A stretch of 40,036 bases of DNA from Welwitschia mirabilis (taxonomy: Eukaryota). The position numbers and the translations under genes were made by a program. Below the pieces are notes generated by a model. That model saw only the letters and a program-made list of their open reading frames with translations. It did not search any database and was not told the origin of the DNA. The stretch is taken from NCBI GenBank assembly GCA_051453625.1, contig JBOZIK010000001.1, positions 15,779,802 to 15,819,837 on the forward strand, given 5' to 3'. Shown here one piece after another: positions 1 through 10,761 of the stretch (the stretch's first letter is position 1; every line of letters starts with the position of its first letter).

Positions 1-31
1 CAAGCAAAAGATGCAAGGAGTCTGTGAAGGT

Positions 32-691
32 AAGTGTGATGTTAGGCACTCAAGTATGACATTAGATATCTAAGTGTAAATTAAACACCTAAGTGTAATA
101 TTAGACCTTTTTCTAAGAGTAATTTTGAAGTAAAACACAAAGTGTTGGGGCTTTGTAGAAGGTGTCAGAGTATTACAAACTTAACTATGATGTCAGAAAC
201 TCAAGTGTGGTCTCAGGCACCCAAGTGCAACATCAAAGTCTTCATCATGGTATCGACTGAAGTAGAATGAGTGATGCCTAAGCTAATGAAAGGTGTTGAG
301 AATAAGCAAGAATTGCTAGGATCTTGTCAGTGAAAAGTACAACATCAAGCATTTAGGTGTAACATCAGGCATCCAAGTGTGACATCAAAGCTTCATTGCA
401 GAGCAAGCTAAAAGAGTGCAGTTGATGCCGATGTTAGGTAGGAACCATTGGAGGCAAATGAAAGGCAAGTGCGATGTTGTGTACTTAAGTGTGACAATAT
501 TGGGTACCTAAGTATAAGGACGGATCCTCCTTGCGGTATAATTTTAAGTGAAATCATAACATAATGGATTAGATTGAATGCATTAAAATATTATAGCACT
601 AAGTAAAATGTTAGGCACATAAGTGTGACATAAGAACTCAAGTGCAACATTAGCTTTCTAGGTGTAATGTTGGCACTCTAGGGCATGACAT
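32..691. repeat. Degenerate ~20-bp minisatellite arranged in five clusters (higher-order period ~135-150 bp)
   Basis: Units such as aagtgtgatgttaggcactc, aagtgtggtctcaggcaccc, aggtgtaacatcaggcatcc and aagtgtgacataagaactc, in clusters at ~32-107, 183-240, 334-391, 467-517 and 601-691. Confidence 0.8.
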
Positions 692-2556
692 TGTCATGGG
701 ATCTAGTACTATCATTTAACTACAGTTTTCTTCCTTCAACCTTGTGTTAGTTAAATTTAGTTAACTATAATTAACTTTACTCTTATGGTTAGTTAACCCT
801 AGGTCCACTTCTACAAATACCCTATGGATCCCTCATTTTTACTTCATTTTCCTCGTGTTTTCTAGCCAATTAGTATCTTTTTTCCTCTTATTTTTTACTA
901 TTGATCTTTTGTGTGGTACTTTTTTTTAAGTGATTTTTATGTGTTTTAGGTAGGTTCTTTGCAATATTTGTCATTTATAAAGACAAGATTTTCCTCAATG
1001 CTTCTACTTTGCAACATTCACATCTTAAGATATGGCTCAAAGACTCTATTATACCATTTCTTAGAATTCTACCAACGTCAAATGTACCAAGTTGAAACTA
1101 CAACAATGAGCTATGAAGTAGGGGGTTCCTTGGATCTTTCCCTCCAACCTCCTAGATTTATGTGGTTTTACTGCCTTTCGTATTTGCCATCTGAGTGCTC
1201 TCTTCATTCTTGATTCTGTCTTTTTTTTAATCTTTGTACAACTATTGTAACCCATCCTCTTCATTATCCTATTCAAATTTTAGAAGAGAGCATAGGGTTA
1301 GTGTTCAGGTTAAGATAAGATGACCGCATTCCTCCTTAGGTTTCTCATTCTGATGAGAACTTTTGTTACTTCATGGCTAATCATCTAGATGACTTCATAT
1401 GTGTGTGGGAAGTACACATCTCCATGAAGTACCTACAACCAATTTTACCACTTCTTATTTTGCAGCTTATCATGAATTGATTGTAGGGAGGGCCTTCCTT
1501 CATGATCGAATTAGTGAGATTCCTACTCATATCATTTATTTATTACTATTTTTAGTTAGTGCGTTTCATTGGATTAGGCCTCTATTATTTCTTCATCCAT
1601 TCTTTTTTAATAGATTTGCATAAAATGGAATGGTACTAGGGGTGAATGTTTTTTTGTACATATCTTACCTGGTTTATACTTTTCTTTCATGGGTTCTAGT
1701 GGTCTATAGCCCTTCAGATCTTCAAATGTGAATCCATCTTTGGTTTATCTCCTCATAAAATTCTTGCTTATTCCTTACTTCATTCTCATTCTTCTTCATC
1801 TATGAAGGGTAAAGATTCTGAGGAATATAACCCTGGAGAGACATCCCAGGGTACTTATTTTGTTTCATATAAGGTATGGATCCTTGTGTAGGGTTTTGGA
1901 ATAATAAGTGTATTTCTAACAATACTTTTTTTTGTTTGTTATTTATAGATGAATAAAGCTTTGGATTCTTATCACTTATCTCATCATAAACATCAAAAGG
2001 ATCCTATCAACCATCTAGTACACGAGGAACCAGAAGAGAAAGAACCTTCCCTTAATCTCACTTATGGACATCAGCCTTGTGGGGTATTATTCTGGTTTCT
2101 CTTTTTTTCTTCATATTCCTTCTTTATTGTCTTTACTTTGCATGATATTTTACTTAAAAATCTTCCTTTTCTTTTTTTCAGGTTTCATGCTCTGAAACTT
2201 TAGTGGAGGATGATCTTAATTTTATCCTTTGGCCTCTGAGGAAGCTTTCAATTCACTAGCTAAGGGAGGATTGCATAGCAGTAGGTGATTCTTTTACTTC
2301 TATTCCTTCCACTAGACTCTTCATGGATTTACTATTCCCTTCTGATTCCCAAGGGGAGTATTGGATGGTGTGTATCTTATACACACCATTTATATTTTAT
2401 CATCATAACTATATATTAATTATTAATAATCATATGGGAATAGGTCCTAAATGAAATTTGACGCGTTATAAAATTAGGGAGATATGTCATATTCTACCCC
2501 CTAGTTTTAGCCTCTAAGTTAAAGTTTGCCAGTTAGTTAAAAGTATTCAGAATCTC

Positions 2557-3299
2557 CTTATCATCCACTTATGGCTTCATAGATCATATTTAATGCATAG
2601 GATAAGATATCATGTTGCATCGATCAATTATTGTCCATGGTAAAGACCCTCTATCCAAATATTTAGAAGCTTATGGATTAGTTGGGAGACTACCCAATTT
2701 TTTTCCAGCTTACTACATACACAAGTAACTCATCCATTATTTCTAGATAACTTTTACACTTATTATCGATCTAAGGTGATAGATTTCCTTTGGGACTTTG
2801 AGTGTAGTCAGNNNNNNNNNNNNNNNNNNNNNNNNNNNNNNNNNNNNNNNNNNNNNNNNNNNNNNNNNNNNNNNNNNNNNNNNNNNNNNNNNNNNNNNNN
2901 NNNNNNNNNNNNNNNNNNNNNNNNNNNNNNNNNNNNNNNNNNNNNNNNNNNNNNNNNNNNNNNNNNNNNNNNNNNNNNNNNNNNNNNNNNNNNNNNNNNN
3001 NNNNNNNNNNNNNNNNNNNNNNNNNNNNNNNNNNNNNNNNNNNNNCTTATCATCCACTTATGGCTTCATAGATCATATTTAATGTGTTGGATAAGATATC
3101 ATATTGCATCGATCAATTACTGTCCATGGTAAAGACCCTCTATCCAAATATTCAGGAGCTTATGGATTAGTTGGGAGGCTACTCAACTTTTTCCAGCTTA
3201 CTACATACACAAGTAACTCATCCATTATTTCTGGATAACTTTTACACTTATTATCGATCTAAGGTAATATATTTCCTATGGGACTTTGAGTGTAGTCAG
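2557..3299. other. Assembly gap (Ns 2812-3045) flanked by near-identical direct copies 2557-2811 and 3046-3299
   Basis: Both copies run cttatcatccactt...gagtgtagtcag and abut the gap exactly; about 15 differences counted by eye. Confidence 0.92.
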
Positions 3300-4095
3300 T
3301 CTACTCACTTTATCTCTCATTATCCTCCATAGTGAGAATGGCCTACCCACTTCAAGATTTCTATAACTTAATCAATATAATAAAGTCTTTCTATTGTATG
3401 ACTCAACATGGGTTAGAGAAACGAGATTCCATAAGTAATTTCCTTCGAATGCTAGAGAATTAAGTAAAATACATGCATCTTTTGGAGAAGAGGTTTTGGA
3501 TGGATGCTTCTCGGATTGCTACATTGGAGGAGAGTTAGTTTTCTTTGTTTGCTCATTTAGCAAAGAGTGAAATGATGATCCAAGCTTACATAGATCAACT
3601 AGCCATCACTATTAATGATATAAATGTTTTATATCATGGTAGGGAGCTCTCTAAGGAGCATCTCTTAGGGACTCTGATGGCTTACAGTAAGCTTCACATG
3701 AAGCTTTACAAGAAGCCATATCCCATTACTAGGGCAAATTCTGTGACAAGGTCTTCTTTGGTTAGGATTAGCACTATAGGGATTCCTCATAATACTATTA
3801 GGATGGAGGTGATTCCAAGTGGTGTGGAGCCATCCATTCTAACATTGAGGGTCATAATTCCATTCCATTTTTCATGGAGGAATTTCTTCCTCCTTAAAAA
3901 TGGTTTTATATTTCTCAATTATCCAAGGCATCATGCATCATGTACTATTTGATGATGCCTTGCTTCCTTTGCACCACATTTTTTCTATGTACTACTTGTT
4001 GTTTGGCCTATTTCTTAATGTTATGCTTTTGTTTTATTATAAGAATGGGTTCTTTCACTTTTTCCTTTGAAGTAGCAGTTTAACACTTATTATTA

Positions 4096-4445
4096 GCTCT
4101 AGTACCAAATGTAATGTTCCATTTTACCATTTTAAGATCATTTCATTGTAAATAGGAATATTTAAATAGTATGCCAAAATCGATAAGTATAATAAGAAAT
4201 AATTTTAGAAAACACAGACTTTATTATTAATAGCAGTGGATTACATTCCTTATCATTAGGTAACACTCTTAGACTAGTGGTAAAAAATAAAGACATGAAA
4301 CTACAACCTAAGTCCTCCTTCTAGGACCCTTGGGAATTAGCCAAGGTTGTTGTTGATTACATTCACCTGGTCTATTCACCTCCACCTAATGTTATAGTCT
4401 TAAATAGCATTATGAAAAAACACAATTTTACAATTTTGGGTTACA
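4096..4445 (-). mobile_element. 5' LTR (4445-4110, 336 bp) plus PBS of a minus-strand LTR retrotransposon relic
   Basis: On the minus strand it starts TGTAACCC and ends ACATTACA (TGTAA/TTACA inverted termini). TT then TGGTACTAGAGC follows (4107-4096), 2 mismatches from the canonical tRNA-Met PBS TGGTATCAGAGC. No partner LTR found. Confidence 0.6.
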
Positions 4446-5200
4446 CCCATTCATAACAACTTGTTAATCATACTTGTTTAGCATCTTAACATGCTTCTAT
4501 ACAAATAGTGAATTTGGAACATTGTACTAACTCTAGTGATGTTAAAGGCATCAAATGACCTCCGATATTGCCATCTACATCTTTACGATTATCAAGTATT
4601 AAACAAATATCCAAGGAACTTTAGAAAGCATAAATTCTAGCTCTTACCACAAATTATTCCTATCATGTAGATCATTAGAATCATAAATTAAGAAAATATT
4701 AAATTTAACATTTTATCCTTTAAAAACTGTCCATACTATTTGATTTTAATAGCTAATTTCTTATAAACTAGGTAATCAAAAAATTTATTATTCATGATGA
4801 TACATGCATCACCCTTTTCTTCACTGTGATTTGTAAAAATAATTGAACCATTACTATCAAACTAAGTAAAAATAACACTCATAACTTTAAGAAAAATGTA
4901 AACTTCTTGTGAAAGAATGAAATCAACATTATTAAAAATATTTTTAATTATTAAACTATCTCTTTTCTACTAAATCCTATTAATGAGGCTTCTTACATTT
5001 AAAGAAACTAAAATCATGGAGAAATTGTTTTGAAATCCTTGGTCATAAGTGGAAACAAAATATCTATAAGAAGATTACCATTCTCTACATCCCTCATATT
5101 TTTAAGTTCCATGAAAAGATTTACAAATGAAATACCTCTAGAAACCTTTATTCTTGGATCATAAACACACGTCATCGGATGCATAGGATTTTTGTTTGAA
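4446..5200 (-). mobile_element. Degenerate LINE ORF2 endonuclease relic
   Basis: Minus-strand translation at ~4688-4600 gives IYDSNDLHDRNNLW*ELEFMLSKVPWIF, matching the plant LINE EN motif vY.......R..LW.eL.....PW..GDFN. Upstream SNGSIIF and IDILFPLMTK resemble the SGGI and LxETK motifs. Confidence 0.6.
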
Positions 5201-7449
5201 AATGAAATTTCTTATTTTCTTAATAATAATTCCAAACAACATTTCTTTTTCATCCTTCAATAGCATGAAAACCATCTTTAAACACCTAATTCTTTTCCTT
5301 TATTATGAATAGGTTCCTTCATGGAAAGGTTTTGTACTTTCATATAAACCTTCTTTCTATCTCTATTAATGGTTTCTAGACATATTATCCTTTGACTTGG
5401 TGCCGATGAAAAATTCTAGATTTATAGTTTTTTACAGCTATTTTGCATTCTTCTCATTTTTCATTTATTTTAAAAAATCATATTCCTTTTATTTTTCATT
5501 GAATATGGGCATGATTTTTAAAAAATACCCCTATCTCTAATTAATACTAGTAAGAATTTACAACATTAAAGTAAACTATTGACTAAGTAACAATAGAATT
5601 TTTGTCCTTTAAACAAATAAATGATTTTTTATATTTGAAATCAATTTTAATAAAAAATATTTTTAATGTACCTTTAGGAGGAACCCTAGCTTTTTGATGC
5701 AAAACATTTTTAGGGAACTTCATGCTTAGATTTTTTTAAAAATTAATGGTAAATTTTCTAATTTCAACATGCATGGAACTATGTTAATTGTCATATTAGT
5801 AATGTCTAGGATAAATTTCATGAATGTGCAATTAGTAATACATGATTATGCATAAAGGTATGAATGCTAAGTGCTTGGTTAACAAAATCTTTCACAAGAT
5901 TAACTAAGAAAAAAGTAATGTTAAACATGATTAGAAACTAGTTCTTGGTGTAGAAATACTAAGTAGATTTTTTCTCGAAAGGGTGAAAACTAAGGAAAGT
6001 AATCTAAATCTTGAGTAAAAATCTATTACAATGCATATTCAGAAGTATATTACTTAAAAATTTCATTAGAAATGATGAAATTAATTGTATGGCCTATTAT
6101 TCCACTTCTATAATTAGTTATCGCACTTTTCTTAGAGCCATTATAAGTACTTCACAACTTGCATTAGAAGAGATAGAGAAATAATAGTTGACACCTTGCT
6201 AATTGTGTGATCATTTATGTGTAGAAGGCTTTTATTCCCAACTTTCATAAGAAAATCAATGATTTAATAGTCTATAAATTCTAATCTTGATAATTTAATA
6301 GATACTGATCTTCATAGCTTATTATAGCTTATTATAATGATTAATACAATACAACACATTTACATGATATCAATGAATTAATAATAATACCATATAAGAT
6401 AAGCTTATAATTACCTATACTTGTTCTAGACATGGCTCATAGCTAACTTGTCTAGAAGCTAAATATAGCCATAATAACTTTGACTAGATTTAGGAAGAAT
6501 ATTAAGTAAAGATAAGCTTGAAACTACCTTTTTTTCCTTTACTTATGACTACATTATTTGGACTTATTTATAAAGTAATGAGAAGTTTAAATAATAAACT
6601 TTATTTTTTAATAAAAAACTTATAATAAAACCTTTCTTAATTTTAAGTTCAATAACATCACGAAAGACTTAGACGTTAATCCTAAGAAATACATAGATAC
6701 ACATACTTATATCTAGTGGATAAAGCCTTTAGTAATTTAATCATTGTGCTAAGGATTTTAAATTGCTATAGAATTCTCATTGTAAAAATAGCCACTATGG
6801 AAATGCATGAGTCATCTCATAAAAGACACATGTAATAATTACTATGAGAAGGTAAAGCTACCAATAGCAACTCATAAACCACTACACAAGTGTAAGAGTG
6901 GTTGACTTAGTAGGAATTCAATGTTTACTATTCATTTAAAAAATAAATCATTATTTCATCTTTGGACACATTTGAGTAGGGAATAAAGCCATCTATAAAC
7001 TTCTAATCCCCCTCTCAAATTAAAGCTAGTTGCAATTTGACTTTCCACAAATGAAAATCAACTCCATTGAATTTATTCACAATAATGAGCTTCTTCATCT
7101 TAAAAAACTAATTTAGTAGGCATGGTTAAATATAATTCTTGAGGTTAAGATTTAATACTAATTCCAAAAATTATAGATCTTTTAAGCCAGAAGATGTATA
7201 TATTAAGAATATAGTTCATTATTATGATTAATGTCATGCAACATGTCTATAATATACTAATGGACTAATAATACACCATATAAGAAGGGGATGATATCAA
7301 ACCCTAAAAATTTACTTTATTATACACAAAATGTATTAGTACATGTAAGTTAACTAATAAGTTAATTCGTTAATAAAATAAGAAAATAGTCTAAGAACAA
7401 TAAAGTACAAAGATTAAAAAAACAAATATGGTAAAAAAAATCATATTAA

Positions 7450-8757
7450 AATCTGTTTACATCACCATTGTAAGAATTGTATCAATTTCTTTTCATTTAT
7501 GTAAATCTTTTTCATCTTGAACCTAGATTTGAAAAGTTGCATTCTATAAGATCTCATATTTATCTACCTAAGAAGTTTGAGAATCAGAGCCTTTTTGTAT
7601 AACCCTATACATTCCACAAAAGAATTAACTTCATTTAAAGAGGGATGAGGTCCACACCCTGTATCTTGAAATATTTTCAAATTCACCTTTCATGTCACTC
7701 ATAATAACAAACTTATTATCCAAGAAAAGGGTACTAAAATCAAAATTAATTAGTGGTTGAATATTGGGAGTTACTTGATTTTTTTATTGGACTTGTTTCT
7801 CTTTGTAATTATCATTTTTTAATCATGTTGATCTAAATGAAACCCTTCTACATCTACACTTGAATTGATAACATAAGAATTTAAAGAAGCATTATTCAAT
7901 GTCCCCAAAGTGAAAGTATTCTTCAATCCTTGGTTTTTCTTTTAAAGTCAAGAAAAGAGTTACATCATTAGATCTAAAAATATTCAATTACCTATTGGAA
8001 ATTAAGGAAAAGGAATTAAGCATTAAGGAAGCAACAACACTTCGTGTAATATATATACTAAAGCATCAAATTGTTATTCCTCTAAAGACTTTTTTTCCTT
8101 TAGAGCTAGATACTAATAAATCATATGCTCTCTAAATTACAATGGTAAAAATATCTTACCTTATTATACTATGTAACTCTGTAAACATAAGTTGCATTAT
8201 TTACTTTAAGTTTCAATTCTTTCTTCCTGTGCTACAAATTGATCTTTACAAAATAACGTATGTGAAGTGTTATTAGGTGGTGAAATAGTTTTTTATTTCA
8301 CAATTGAACCGATACTAGTGATAATGTCCTATCCCATCATCTAAAAAATGAGTAGAAGATTTTTAGCATGAGCCAACAAGGAATTTTGGTATATGTTAAA
8401 TGTATCTAGATTGAAATATGGTGTCCATTTATAAATAATAAGGATAACATAGTAATGATTAAAAACTCCAATATCTAAAATATTAGTTACTATGGATGGA
8501 TCTGAAAACTCTAGTAGTAGACAGAATTTTGAAAAATATTGAGCATGCAAAACCCGGATGCTTGGCTATTCTAAAATTGCATTTAGTTTACCTATAAAAC
8601 TTTTTGTTTGAGGAAGATAGCCATAGATCTACAAGAAAATTTACTAAGAGGTAATATCTTTGAATGAAGATTCAAATAAATCATCAAGTAAAACATAATT
8701 GAAAGCATTGCCATTATCTGTGCTTTCAAAAGTCTCAAAGCAATCTTCGTTCTCCAT
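7450..8757 (-). mobile_element. Degenerate L1-type LINE: ORF1 (DUF4283-like) relic and start of ORF2 endonuclease
   Basis: Minus-strand frame from ATG at 8757 includes FCLLLEFSDPSIVTNILDIG...IIYKWTPYFNLD, then with frameshifts KIPCWLML/NLLLIF...IITSIGSIV, matching the plant LINE ORF1 pattern kWtP.F...pvW..l..LPl. ORF2-like start MKLILLWNV*G at 7634 matches the APE endonuclease N-terminal motif (SWNVRG). Confidence 0.72.
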
Positions 8758-9859
8758 TAATAGTAGCATATAAGACAAAGTTATAGCTACCTATATCTAT
8801 TCTAGACATGACTCATTACTGACTTGCTTAAAAAGATAAACATAGCCATGACAACTTTAACTAAACTCATTATAACAATGGATAGGTTTAATAGTAAGTG
8901 AAGACAATTTTGCAACTACTTTTGTCTTTACTTGCAAACCCGTTATTTAGACTTATTTATCACGCAATGACAAGTCCTAATAATAAACTATTTTCTAATG
9001 ACATAATTATTAAGGCCATCTTTACAAGTGGTTGGGAACTTACATTTATTACGATAATTATGACTTTACTAATTAATGTTATAGACCATATGACGTCCCT
9101 GTGTAATATTTTTTATGGTTGGACATGCCTTACTAGGCCATCTGAGTTCATTGCCAAAAAGTTGAACAAGCCTTATCACTGGTCCATCACTATGAGTCCT
9201 CCTCATTTAAAAAAAAAAAAAAAGAAGAAGAAGAAAATTATCAACAAATATCTCTCATTTAGTATTGCCTCACATCATATGTCCTTTTGTAAACTCAACA
9301 ATGTGCTTCCTTTAAGCATTAACTAAACAATATGAATGAGTAGGAGTAAACCATGAAAGTCATCTTCTTGTATTAAATCAAAGGGATAAAAACTTTGCTT
9401 GATGTGTTCATTACTATTTAATAGGCTTAGGATTGCCATGAGCACCATTTAGAGGAAAAATAAATTAATATTAGAGGTCTTAAATAGGTGTCCATGTTTA
9501 GCAAGTGGTTTTACTTTAAAGATTTATATGTAATCAAACTTCTGTCGTCCCTTAGGAGTGAGCCTAAGAATATTTCCAAAAAGAATATTTCCAAAAAGGT
9601 AAGAATCTCGATTTAAGGGTTTTCTCCATTGCTAATTTCATAACTCTTTTAAACTTTGTTAAAGTGATCTTGACTGAGATTATTATCACCTCATTTTATA
9701 GTTTTTATACATTTTCATTTAATTATTAAATATATATAAAATTTTAATTAAATTTTTTAAAAGTCATTTTTAAAGTGGACGTGAAACTTAAAATTTTTAA
9801 AGATTGTAAACATACTTTGTTTCCTTTATTTAGAGTAACCTTAATTTCCATTGCACTGA

Positions 9860-10185
9860 AGGGGCCGGCCTTTAAATGCATTTGCGAAGCAAGATTTTTC
9901 CAGCAACCGATGCGTTGGCAAGCGCAGAACAGAGAAATTTCAACACCCTGCGCTTCGGCCGGTGCAAACGAGCACGAAGCTTCTTCCCTACAATAACCGC
10001 AGAGGAAAATAAACACCACACGCTCTTCCTCCTCGCGTTTCCTTGCATTTCTCCTTCCGAGATCCATCCCACTTTCCTTCAGAAACAATCGCCCTTCGTC
10101 CTCCTTTCCGTTCATCCAAAACCCTTTCGATACACCCCAGAGATCAAAGAAACTTTTTTACGTTTTAGTTTCAAAGGAAGGAAGA
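9860..10185 (+). promoter_or_regulatory. Promoter/5'UTR of TIM23: CpG-rich island with pyrimidine (Y) patches, no clear TATA box
   Basis: Abrupt switch from AT-rich DNA to CpG-rich sequence at ~9860 (ggggccggcc, cgcttcggccgg). CT-rich tracts at ~10020-10115 (cgctcttcctcctcgcgtttccttgcatttctccttcc) lie just upstream of the ATG. TSS position is inferred, not shown. Confidence 0.7.
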
Positions 10186-10761
10186 ATGACGAGCAGCTTC
10201 ACAGACGGATCAGAGACCAGAGAGAACAAGCGAATCTACAATCCCTACGGAGATCTCAACGGAGCCATTGATTACAAGCCCTTGAGGAATCTTTACGAAC
10301 TTCCGACATCACCGGAATTTCTCTTCCAAGAAGAGGCAGCTGTTCAGAGGCGATCTTGGGGCGAGAATCTGCAATACTATACAGGATGTGGATACCTTCT
10401 TGGGGCCGTGTCCGGCGCTGGCGTTGGCATGGTCGAGGGTTTGAAGGCGCGAGAACCAGGCGATTCGTTGAAGCTGCGGATCAATAGGGTCTTGAACGCG
10501 TCTGGTCACAGCGGAAGAAAGTTCGGCAACAAACTCGGTGTGATTGGACTTCTTTATGCGGGAATGGAGAGCGGAATCGTTGCGGCAAGAAACGGTCAGG
10601 ATGATATCTGGAATAGCGTTTCTGCGGGACTCGCGACTGGTGCGCTTTACAGGGCCACTGCTGGACCTCGTTCCGCGGCTGTTGCCGGCGCAATTGGGGG
10701 TGTAGTTGTTGGTGCTCTTGTTGCAGGGAAACAGGTCCTCAGGAGAGCCGCTATCATCTGA
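10186..10761 (+). CDS. TIM23: Mitochondrial import inner membrane translocase subunit TIM23 (Tim17/Tim22/Tim23 family), single coding exon, 191 aa
   Basis: Intact ATG-to-TGA ORF with plant TIM23 hallmarks: YNPY, LYELPTSPEFLFQEEA, RRSWGENLQYYTG, KLRINRVLNASGHSGRKFGNKLGVIGLLYAGMESG, DDIWNSVSAGLATGALYRA..GPRSAAVAGAIGG, plus Gly-rich hydrophobic TM segments. GC- and CpG-rich relative to the flanks. Confidence 0.96.
   Translation: MTSSFTDGSETRENKRIYNPYGDLNGAIDYKPLRNLYELPTSPEFLFQEEAAVQRRSWGENLQYYTGCGYLLGAVSGAGVGMVEGLKAREPGDSLKLRINRVLNASGHSGRKFGNKLGVIGLLYAGMESGIVAARNGQDDIWNSVSAGLATGALYRATAGPRSAAVAGAIGGVVVGALVAGKQVLRRAAII

Noticed and set aside
32..691. CRISPR-like clustered repeats
   Set aside because: Units are directly adjacent and highly degenerate, and spacers are mutually similar; this fits a minisatellite.
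2743..3132. ORFs spanning the N gap
   Set aside because: Artefacts of translating Ns.
8898..9326. 142-aa ORF with poly-Lys
   Set aside because: Non-ATG start, overlaps a dispersed repeat, and the Lys run is just an A/GAA microsatellite.
9744..10271. Overlapping ORFs upstream of TIM23 (9744-10115 -, 9775-9996 +, 9872-10072 -, 9876-10271 +)
   Set aside because: No recognisable protein features; expected by chance in a GC-rich promoter. The 9876 ATG probably lies upstream of the TSS.
10309..10693. Antisense ORFs within TIM23
   Set aside because: Shadow frames of the GC-rich coding strand.
10186..10761. TIM23 as a processed retrocopy or pseudogene
   Set aside because: The ORF is intact with its own CpG-rich promoter, no poly(A) tail or TSD was seen, and a single coding exon is normal for this plant family.
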